A stretch of DNA of 41,935 bases from Anaerolineae bacterium (GTDB lineage Bacteria; Chloroflexota; Anaerolineae; JAAYZQ01), in assembly GCA_041559855.1 (NCBI GenBank), contig JBFFCR010000002.1, positions 1-41,935 on the forward strand. The letters are read 5' to 3'. A program made the translations under genes and the position numbers. The notes under the pieces are model-generated. The model searched no databases, was not told the origin of the DNA, and worked only from the letters and a program-made list of their open reading frames with translations. Of the stretch, positions 34,933 to 41,935 are shown piece by piece (the stretch's first letter is position 1; each line of letters opens with the position of its first letter).

Positions 34933-37900
34933 ATGCGAACCAGACTGGGAGCTATTTGCGATAAGATAATCGAGGCAGGGTGGCTTGCCGCCATCATCAT
35001 CGTGCCCTTGTTCTTCAACATCCACACCAACCGGGTTTTCGAGCCCGACAAGCTCTCCCTACTCCGCTCCATCGCCCTAGTAATGGCCGCAGCCTGGCTG
35101 ATCCGGGCCGTCGAGGATTGGCGCACTGGCTGGGAGCCGGATGGGTTGGGCGGAAGGGAGATACCGTTTCTGCAGCGCGTCTACAGGACTCCCCTGGTCA
35201 TACCCACGCTGCTGCTGGTGCTGAGCTATTTGATCAGCACGGTCCTCTCGATTGCCTGGAGGCTCAGCCTGCTAGGGAGCTACCAGCGACTGCAGGGCAC
35301 CTATACCACCCTTGCCTACATCGTGATTTTTTTCCTCATGCTCGAGGGACTGCGGACAAAGCGGCAGTTCAACCGCATCATCAACACTGCCATTGTGGTC
35401 AGCTTTCCTATCGCCCTCTATGCATTGATCCAGCACTTTGGGCTGGATCCACTGCCCTGGGGAGGCAACGTCACCAAGCGCGTTGCCTCGACCATGGGCA
35501 ATGCCATCTTTGTCGGCGCCTACATGATCATGATCGTACCCCTAACCTTGACCAGGCTCATGGAAAACTGGAAAGAGGCTACCGGCCACATTCAGACCCG
35601 CGACATCCTGCTGGGTGGACTGGCCTTCATTCTCCTGGTCATTGTCCTCTTGGTCGCCATGCTCTGGCACCCAAAAGGTGGGATGGCTTGGATACGATGG
35701 GTGGGTCTCTTGGTCGGTATCGCGCTGGAGATACTGATCTACGCCCTCAGCCCGGCTGAAGGCCGGTCCAAGATACTGGCCATCTCCCTGCCCCTTACCT
35801 TTGCCTTCATGGTAGGATTCCTCTGGGTCCTGGAAATCGTCATCCCGACAGCAGACCCAACCAAGTCGTTCTGGTTTGGCCTCGGTGCCGTGTTCGTCTT
35901 TCTGTTGGCCATGGCGCTCTTTGCCTACTACCTGCGCAAATCCGTTGCACGGTTGCTCCTACTAGCCGGCTACTTTGTCATCCTCATTGCACAGGTCATA
36001 TCCATCTTCTACACCCAGAGCCGCGGACCCGCGCTCGGCCTGCTCGCGGGTCCGCTTGTCTACTTGGCCGTGACTGGCCTGGCAAAGCGAAGGATCTGGC
36101 TGACTTGGGCAGTCAGCACGTTGGCGGTCACCGCGGCGCTGTTCCTCGTCATCTTCAACACCGTTGACTCGCCCCTCATGGACACACTGCGCGAAGTTCC
36201 CTACATCGGGCGGCTGGGTAAGGTGCTGCAAACCGAGGAAGGCACCGGCCGCGTGCGCATCCTGATTTGGGAGGGCGTCACCGAACTGATGGACTGGCAC
36301 GAGCCCCTCGAAACGCCGGGTGAGGATGGGGGACCCGATGCACTCAATGCACTGCGACCGATCATTGGCTATGGCCCAGAGGCCATGTATGTAGCGTTCA
36401 ACCGCTTCTACCCACCCGAGCTCGCCCATTTCGAGAAACGGAACGCCTCGCCCGACCGTTCTCACAACGAAACCTTTGATGCCCTTGTGACCAGGGGCTA
36501 TCTCGGCCTGGCAGTGTACCTGTTCCTCTTCACCAGCGTCTTCTACTTCGCCTTCAAGTGGTTGGGCTTCATCCGTGAGAACTGGCAGAAGATAGCATTC
36601 CTGGCCTCCTGGGCAGTCGGAGGCCTCCTTGGCACGGTCGGATTTTGGGCGTGGCGGGGACCAGCCTATGTCAGCGTGGGGCTGCCCATAGGCGCCCTCT
36701 TGGGCCTTGCGGTCTACCTCCTGATCCTGCTACTGCATGCGACGTTCTGGCAGGGAGACTGGCGAGAGTCCCGCGGGTGGCGTAAGGCAGCCTTCGTCGG
36801 CTCGTGGATCAGCGGGATCGTGATTGGCTCCGCTGGCTTGTGGGCATCGCATGTACCTAACTACTTCGCTGTAGGTGTACTCATCCCAGCAACTGTGGGA
36901 CTCTTGCTCTACTTCTTTACCGAGTTCTTCGCTGCGGTTCGCGGACCTTCGGCAGAACCAGCAAAGGGCGGACACTGGCACATTTGGCTTATTGCGTTGC
37001 TCGCAGCCGCCGTCGCCCACTTTGTCGAGATCCAGTTCGGAATCGCCATTGCTGCCACGCGCACCTACTTCTGGGTTGCAGCCGCCATGTTGGTGGTGCT
37101 TGGCATTCGCTTCGCATCGCAGCCCGATGAGACAGAGACCGCAACACAGGAGGAGAAACAGGATCGAGATCTGATCCGAACCACATCACGTCGGCGTCGG
37201 CGCAGAGCTTCTCGAGCCCCAGCTAGAAAGCCGGCACCGAATCTCGAGTGGCTGGGCTCACTCATCGTCCTGAGCATTCTGGCAATCCTGATCGTTGGCA
37301 CCATGTTCTTCGACTGGACCGTCCCGCTCGCCAAAGAGTCGAGCCCGCTTACTACCATCTGGAAGTCGCTCACCGAGGCAGACGGAAAGACCTCTTTGGT
37401 CATGCTTGCCCTCTTTGCGGCTACCTGGCTTATGCTTGGCATCGTGGGCCTGGCAGAGCTGGCGACCAGCGATGAGTCCGCGAACAAGACGCGCGGGGAC
37501 TGGCTGAAGGCAGCAGGCATCTTCGCCTTGGCGTCCTCTGTCGGCGCTCTCGTTTATGCCATCTTCCACGCAGCGAACCTCGATCCGGCCTCGGTCACGG
37601 CCACTGGCATCATCGAGGACAATCCGGTGGTAGGTGCCGTCACAACCTACTTTGGTTTCCTTCTGGCCATCATTCTCGTCCTGGCTGCGGCACTCGCTAT
37701 GTTGTTCCGGCGCTGGACCATGCCCTGGCGATGGATCGGGAAGCTGCGTGATGTCGGCGTGATCGTATCGCTGGTGCTCGCTCCTGTCGTTGCCATTGTG
37801 CTGATCTTTGTCACGAACATCCGCATCGTCAGTGCTGACATCTGGTACAAACAGGGGCTTAGTTCGGAGCGCCTTGATCAATGGGACTTGGCCATGGAGT

Positions 37901-39495
37901 TCTATTCCGGAGCTACCAACTTGGCCGAGGATGAGGATTTCTACTACCTGTTCCTGGGCAGAGCCCTCTTGCAGAAAGCGGGGACCGTCAGCGGCGCGGC
38001 TAGGGTATCGTGGCTGCTAGAAAGCGAGAGAGCCCTGCAGACCGCCGTTGAGCTCGCGCCCCTGAATCCGGACCACTCGCGCAACCTCTCCAAACTCTAT
38101 CTGACTTGGGCGGGGTTCAGCACAGGAGAGCAGCGTGCGGAGCTCGTCGAAAAGGCTCTTGTCTACTCCGACCAGGCCATTGCCCTCAGCCCCAACACCG
38201 CCGACATCTGGAACGAGCGAGCCCAGATCTATGCCACTGTGGGCGACGTCGAGAAGGCCAAAGAAGTCTACGAGGAGTCATTGGCCGTCGACGACGAGTA
38301 CGCAAGGACCCATCTCTCCTTGGGCGAGCTGTACGAGACCCAGGAGCGGTGGGCAGATGCTGCCGCAGAGTACTCAAGAGCCAAGGAGCTCAACCCCAAA
38401 CTCATTGAGGCATACAGCGATCTGGGCAACGCGTACCTGCAAATGGGCGACGTCGAGAAGGCCAAAGAAGTCTACGAAGAGTCATTGGCCATCGATGACG
38501 AGTACGCAAGGACCCATCTTTTCCTGGGCAGGCTGTACGAGGCCCAGGAGCGGTGGGCAGATGCTGCCGCAGAGTACTTGAGAGCCATCGAGCTCAACCC
38601 TAAACTCACCGAGGCATACAGCGATCTGGGCAACGCGTACCTACAAATGGGCGACCTGGAGCGCGCACTTGAGGCCTATACTATCGCTGCCAAGGCCAAC
38701 ACCAGCAACCCCATCGCCCACGGCGCACTTGCCTATATCTATACTATGCTAGGCGATGCTGACCGCGCAATCACTGAGAACCTCGCCGTCATAGATCTGC
38801 TTCCTGACGACTATAATAGCTACAGGAATCTCGCAGTCCTCTATGGACAGGAAGGTGACATCGTCAAAGCACTATCCGCGGCCGAAAAGGCACTGACCCT
38901 GGCGTCAGAAGAGGACGTCACATGGTTGGAACAATACATCGAGGAGCTAAGAACCATGCTAAGCAGTTCATCGTCTACCGCCCGTAACGGCATGTACAGC
39001 GCACCGCCACCCTTGGTTATCGATCCCACGAAATCCTATCAGGCCACCATCGTCACCGAGAAGGGAGACATCGTCATAGAGCTGTACGCCGATCGCGTGC
39101 CCACCACCGTCAGCAACTTTGTCTTCCTCGCACGTGAGGGATTCTACGACGACACCACCTTCCACCGCGTCATTCCCGGATTCATGGCCCAGGCAGGCGA
39201 TCCCCTCGGTACAGGCACTGGTGGACCAGGCTATACCTTCGCGGACGAGTTCGACGAGACGCTCCGCCACGACGGCCCTGGCGTTCTCTCGATGGCCAAC
39301 CGCGGCGCCAACACCAACGGCAGTCAGTTCTTTATCACCTACGCTGCCACAGACTGGCTGGATGGGCGTCACGCCGTCTTTGGGCGCGTGATCGAGGGTA
39401 TGGACGTTCTCAACTCGCTCACGCCACGCGATCCGGGCGCCAACCCCGGATACGAGGGCGACGCCATCCTTACTATCCGCATTCAGGAAGACTAA
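34933..39495 (+). CDS. Giant fusion protein: Wzy/O-antigen-ligase-like polytopic domain, a second multi-TM region, a TPR array, and a C-terminal cyclophilin-type peptidyl-prolyl isomerase
   Basis: 1520 aa. The Wzy_C-type motif is [20 protein letters not shown] (about nt 36005-36065). About 20 or more hydrophobic helices extend to about aa 970, interrupted by a basic loop, [16 protein letters not shown] (about nt 37180-37225). The TPR repeats span about nt 37840-38940. The cyclophilin domain reads [42 protein letters not shown]...[23 protein letters not shown]...[14 protein letters not shown]. Confidence 0.9.
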   Translation: MRTRLGAICDKIIEAGWLAAIIIVPLFFNIHTNRVFEPDKLSLLRSIALVMAAAWLIRAVEDWRTGWEPDGLGGREIPFLQRVYRTPLVIPTLLLVLSYLISTVLSIAWRLSLLGSYQRLQGTYTTLAYIVIFFLMLEGLRTKRQFNRIINTAIVVSFPIALYALIQHFGLDPLPWGGNVTKRVASTMGNAIFVGAYMIMIVPLTLTRLMENWKEATGHIQTRDILLGGLAFILLVIVLLVAMLWHPKGGMAWIRWVGLLVGIALEILIYALSPAEGRSKILAISLPLTFAFMVGFLWVLEIVIPTADPTKSFWFGLGAVFVFLLAMALFAYYLRKSVARLLLLAGYFVILIAQVISIFYTQSRGPALGLLAGPLVYLAVTGLAKRRIWLTWAVSTLAVTAALFLVIFNTVDSPLMDTLREVPYIGRLGKVLQTEEGTGRVRILIWEGVTELMDWHEPLETPGEDGGPDALNALRPIIGYGPEAMYVAFNRFYPPELAHFEKRNASPDRSHNETFDALVTRGYLGLAVYLFLFTSVFYFAFKWLGFIRENWQKIAFLASWAVGGLLGTVGFWAWRGPAYVSVGLPIGALLGLAVYLLILLLHATFWQGDWRESRGWRKAAFVGSWISGIVIGSAGLWASHVPNYFAVGVLIPATVGLLLYFFTEFFAAVRGPSAEPAKGGHWHIWLIALLAAAVAHFVEIQFGIAIAATRTYFWVAAAMLVVLGIRFASQPDETETATQEEKQDRDLIRTTSRRRRRRASRAPARKPAPNLEWLGSLIVLSILAILIVGTMFFDWTVPLAKESSPLTTIWKSLTEADGKTSLVMLALFAATWLMLGIVGLAELATSDESANKTRGDWLKAAGIFALASSVGALVYAIFHAANLDPASVTATGIIEDNPVVGAVTTYFGFLLAIILVLAAALAMLFRRWTMPWRWIGKLRDVGVIVSLVLAPVVAIVLIFVTNIRIVSADIWYKQGLSSERLDQWDLAMEFYSGATNLAEDEDFYYLFLGRALLQKAGTVSGAARVSWLLESERALQTAVELAPLNPDHSRNLSKLYLTWAGFSTGEQRAELVEKALVYSDQAIALSPNTADIWNERAQIYATVGDVEKAKEVYEESLAVDDEYARTHLSLGELYETQERWADAAAEYSRAKELNPKLIEAYSDLGNAYLQMGDVEKAKEVYEESLAIDDEYARTHLFLGRLYEAQERWADAAAEYLRAIELNPKLTEAYSDLGNAYLQMGDLERALEAYTIAAKANTSNPIAHGALAYIYTMLGDADRAITENLAVIDLLPDDYNSYRNLAVLYGQEGDIVKALSAAEKALTLASEEDVTWLEQYIEELRTMLSSSSSTARNGMYSAPPPLVIDPTKSYQATIVTEKGDIVIELYADRVPTTVSNFVFLAREGFYDDTTFHRVIPGFMAQAGDPLGTGTGGPGYTFADEFDETLRHDGPGVLSMANRGANTNGSQFFITYAATDWLDGRHAVFGRVIEGMDVLNSLTPRDPGANPGYEGDAILTIRIQED
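38242..38649 (+). repeat. In-frame tandem duplication of 2 x 204 bp (2 x 68 aa, i.e. two TPR pairs) inside the giant fusion gene
   Basis: Unit 1 (38242-38445) and unit 2 (38446-38649) both begin GGCGACGTCGAGAAGGCCAAAGAAGTCTACGA. I counted about 17 mismatches in 204 nt by eye (about 92% identity). The protein units are [68 protein letters not shown] and [68 protein letters not shown]. Confidence 0.9.
39025..39492 (+). other. Cyclophilin-type PPIase domain (C-terminal ~155 aa of the fusion protein); boundaries approximate
   Basis: See the motifs listed for the 34933-39495 gene. The domain starts near [17 protein letters not shown] (Tyr codon at 39037). Confidence 0.85.
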
Positions 39496-39507
39496 CCGGT
39501 GAGTTGA

Positions 39508-40551
39508 ATGAACGCCACTTTCCTGCTCATCTTTGCCAGCGCACTGGTGATGGCCATCGGCGGCACACCATTGATTCGCCGTGTCGCTATCCGGCTTGGC
39601 GTCATCGACGAACCTAACGCGCGCAAGATCCACACCGACCCTATCCCCCTACTGGGCGGTGTGGCAATCTATGGGGCGTTCATCGCTGCCCTATTGCTAT
39701 TTGGCAGCCGCTACCGTCTTAATGAGTTGGTCAGCATCCTCGTGGGAGCCAGTCTCATGTCCTTCTTGAGTGTGTGGGACGATCGACAAGGCCTCAGTCC
39801 GCTGCTAAAGCTCGCGGGGCAGTTTCTTGCCGCATCGATCCTCGTGATCTCGGGTGTGTACATCGGCACCTTCCCATGGGAAGCGCTCAACATCGCTCTG
39901 ACGCTCCTCTGGGTCGTCGTCGTGACCAATGCCATGAACCTACTGGACAACATGGACGGCTTGTCCGGAGGTGTGGGCGCAGTGGCTGCCGTCTTTTTCC
40001 TGCTGTTGGCAGCCATGAACAACCAGTACCTGGTGGGCGCCCTGTCAGCAGCCCTGGTGGGAGCCTGCCTTGGGTTTCTCGTCTACAACTTTAATCCGGC
40101 CAGCATCTTCATGGGCGATGCCGGGGCTCTATTCCTCGGATTCATCCTGGCAGCAGTGGCCATCAAGCTACGCTTCCCCGAGGGCGTCCAGATTGTCACC
40201 TGGATGGTGCCGGTCCTGATCCTCGGCCTACCCCTCTTTGACACGGCGATGGTCATCGTCTCAAGGCTGCGCAGAGGGTACAACCCGCTCACCACCCCAG
40301 GCAAGGACCATGTCTCTCACCGGCTCGTGGCCTTGGGCTATACGCGACGGGAAGCGGTGCTCATCTGCTACTTGATCTGCGCTGGCTTGGGCATCATTGC
40401 CTTGTTCATCACACAGGCAAACATCCTGGAGGGCTACATCGTGGGCGGTATCATGGCCCTCGTCGGTTTGGCGGCTCTTGTTCGGCTGGAGAGGATAGAC
40501 TTTCCAGGCAAGCAAGCAAGAGGCGACTTATTCAAGCGAAGAGGCCACTGA
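39508..40551 (+). CDS. Polyprenyl-phosphate N-acetylhexosamine-1-phosphate transferase (MraY/WecA/TagO family)
   Basis: 347 aa with about 10-11 TM helices. Contains [33 protein letters not shown] and [21 protein letters not shown]. Confidence 0.9.
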   Translation: MNATFLLIFASALVMAIGGTPLIRRVAIRLGVIDEPNARKIHTDPIPLLGGVAIYGAFIAALLLFGSRYRLNELVSILVGASLMSFLSVWDDRQGLSPLLKLAGQFLAASILVISGVYIGTFPWEALNIALTLLWVVVVTNAMNLLDNMDGLSGGVGAVAAVFFLLLAAMNNQYLVGALSAALVGACLGFLVYNFNPASIFMGDAGALFLGFILAAVAIKLRFPEGVQIVTWMVPVLILGLPLFDTAMVIVSRLRRGYNPLTTPGKDHVSHRLVALGYTRREAVLICYLICAGLGIIALFITQANILEGYIVGGIMALVGLAALVRLERIDFPGKQARGDLFKRRGH

Positions 40552-41903
40552 TGGACGCTCTGGCGCGCAAGATCGCGGATAGGTCAGCCCGCGTGGCGGT
40601 CATCGGGCTCGGATACGTCGGCCTGCCCCTTGCTGTAGGCTTTGCCAGGGCAGGCTATCAGGTGCTGGGTCTGGACGTGGATGAGCGCAAGCTCGCCGCA
40701 CTGAGCGAGGGCCGATCCTACATCCAAGACGTGGCGAGTCCCGATATCATGGCTGTTGTGCAAGCCGGCAGGCTATCCGCCACCAGCAACTACGATCTGC
40801 TTGCCCGGACCGATGCGATATTCATCTGTGTTCCCACGCCTTTCGACGCCATGAAAGCGCCTGACCTCTCCTACATCGAGGAGGCAGCTCGGGGAATTAC
40901 CGCGCGTCTGAAAGCAGGCCAGCTCATCGTCCTGCAGAGCACGACCTATCCTGGCACGACCGAGGAGTTTGTGCTTCCCATCCTTGAGGAGTCGGGACTC
41001 AAGGCAGGAGAGGACTTTTGCCTGGCCTTTTCACCTGAGCGTATCAACCCGGGAGATCGCGAGTACTCTGTGGAGAACACGCCCAAAGTTGTGGGCGGTG
41101 TGACCCCTCGATGTTCTGAATTGGGGCGCATGTTGCTCCTCGAACTGTTTCCCCACGTGCACGTTGTCAGCTCTACTCGCGCCGCCGAGATGTCCAAGCT
41201 GCTCGAAAACATCTTTCGCAGTGTCAACATCGCGCTGGTCAACGAGTTGGCTCTCCTGTCCGAACGGATGGGCATCGATATGTGGGAGGTTATTGAAGCA
41301 GCAAAGACCAAGCCTTTTGGCTTCATGCCCTTCTACCCAGGCCCGGGCGTCGGCGGTCACTGCATACCGGTGGATCCCTATTACCTCAGCTGGAAAGCCC
41401 GCGAATACGACTTTTACACCAAGTTCATCGAGTTAGCGGCCGAGGTGAACCAGACGATGCCCTACCATGTGGTAGACCTTATCGCCCAGGCGCTGAGCGC
41501 GGCTGGCAAGCCACTCGATGGGGCGCAGGTCTTGGTACTAGGAGTCGCATTCAAGCGCGACACCGACGATGCCCGTAATTCACCTGCAGAGCGGATTATC
41601 GAGCTGCTGCTCAGACGAGGTGCCCAGGTCGAGTACAGCGATCCCCTTGTGCCACGATATCCCGTCGGGCGCGATGTCTTCTTCCCGGCAGAGCGCCTGC
41701 TCGAGAGCGTAGAGTTGACAGACCAGACTCTCAAGGATGCGGACTGTGTGGTCATTCTCGCCGCACACCGAGCGGTGGACTATGCTCGGGTCATGCGACA
41801 GACAGAGCTGATCGTGGATGCGGTCAACGCCACCCACGGCCTGAGCGGGACTGCCCGTGTTGTACGCATCGGCGCACCGGCGCCACCCCTAAAGCCTCGA
41901 TGA
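40551..41903 (+). CDS. Nucleotide-sugar 6-dehydrogenase (UDP-GlcNAc/UDP-ManNAc dehydrogenase-like: WecC/WbpA/Cap5O family)
   Basis: 450 aa. Contains VAVIGLGYVGLPLAVGFARAGY (Rossmann fold), the catalytic-Cys region GPGVGGHCIPVDPYYL and VLGVAFKRDTDDARNSPA. Its start overlaps the upstream stop by 1 nt (TGATG). Confidence 0.9.
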   Translation: MDALARKIADRSARVAVIGLGYVGLPLAVGFARAGYQVLGLDVDERKLAALSEGRSYIQDVASPDIMAVVQAGRLSATSNYDLLARTDAIFICVPTPFDAMKAPDLSYIEEAARGITARLKAGQLIVLQSTTYPGTTEEFVLPILEESGLKAGEDFCLAFSPERINPGDREYSVENTPKVVGGVTPRCSELGRMLLLELFPHVHVVSSTRAAEMSKLLENIFRSVNIALVNELALLSERMGIDMWEVIEAAKTKPFGFMPFYPGPGVGGHCIPVDPYYLSWKAREYDFYTKFIELAAEVNQTMPYHVVDLIAQALSAAGKPLDGAQVLVLGVAFKRDTDDARNSPAERIIELLLRRGAQVEYSDPLVPRYPVGRDVFFPAERLLESVELTDQTLKDADCVVILAAHRAVDYARVMRQTELIVDAVNATHGLSGTARVVRIGAPAPPLKPR

Positions 41904-41935
41904 GCGACCCACAGCCGCCAGCAGGCCCGCGCCAA
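41900..41935 (+). CDS. Possible 5' end of a further coupled gene (ATGA overlap with the dehydrogenase stop); product unknown
   Basis: The ATG at 41900-41902 overlaps the TGA at 41901-41903. The open frame MSDPQPPAGPRQ runs to the window end. It is too short to evaluate. Confidence 0.2.
   Translation, partial: MSDPQPPAGPRQ

Noticed and set aside
37258-39633. Minus-strand ORFs 37258-37881 and 38968-39633, and plus-strand alternative-frame ORFs 38106-38408 and 38135-38581 with repetitive sequence
   Set aside because: All lie inside the 1520-aa fusion gene. The repetitiveness of the alternative-frame ORFs is fully explained by the 2 x 204-bp TPR duplication read out of frame.
1-41935. CRISPR arrays, rRNA genes, IS elements, prophage genes, toxin-antitoxin systems or classical defence systems
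   Set aside because: I read the intergenic gaps (all 290 nt or shorter) and the ORF set and saw no repeat-spacer structure and no transposase, integrase, nuclease or phage-like proteins. The only notable DNA repeats are the 204-bp TPR duplication and the 10-bp promoter repeat.

Overview
This is a high-GC bacterial chromosomal window that is almost fully coding. I found no transposases, integrases, CRISPR arrays or rRNA genes. The gene content suggests a filamentous Chloroflexota-type organism: many GAF-rich kinases, DUF4388/Roadblock/GTPase genes, Wzy-TPR fusions and DUF3048. That taxonomic guess is inference only.

The window splits into two blocks at a divergent promoter region (about 19.80-20.09 kb).

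Block A (1-19801, all on the minus strand) is signalling-dominated:
- A partner-switching set: a STAS antagonist, an RsbW-like kinase, and a membrane-anchored triple-GAF protein that runs off the window edge.
- A Wzy/O-antigen-ligase-like membrane protein.
- A textbook tRNA-Sec (selC).
- A roughly 15-kb, ten-gene same-strand cluster behind one near-consensus promoter. In order: DUF4388 protein, Ras-like GTPase, Roadblock/LC7, alpha/beta hydrolase, V4R protein, hexapeptide-repeat protein, REC plus degenerate GGDEF, a 2566-aa hybrid histidine kinase with about 10 tandem GAF domains, a CheY-like REC, and a second alpha/beta hydrolase.

Block B (20089-41935, all on the plus strand) starts with housekeeping-like genes (DUF3048 lipoprotein, YjbQ, a hypothetical, an M24 peptidase). 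It then becomes a Wzx/Wzy-type polysaccharide locus with:
- four sulfotransferases of three sequence types;
- a cytoplasmic sulfatase-fold protein that lacks the formylglycine motif;
- three glycosyltransferases;
- a UXS-like SDR;
- a WecA-like initiating transferase;
- a UDP-sugar dehydrogenase;
- a 1520-aa Wzy-like/TPR/cyclophilin fusion protein.

The two best candidates for undescribed biology are the GTPase-switch plus giant-GAF-kinase cluster and the multi-sulfotransferase (putatively sulfated, uronic-acid-containing) polysaccharide locus. All calls rest on motif recognition by eye; no database search was run.
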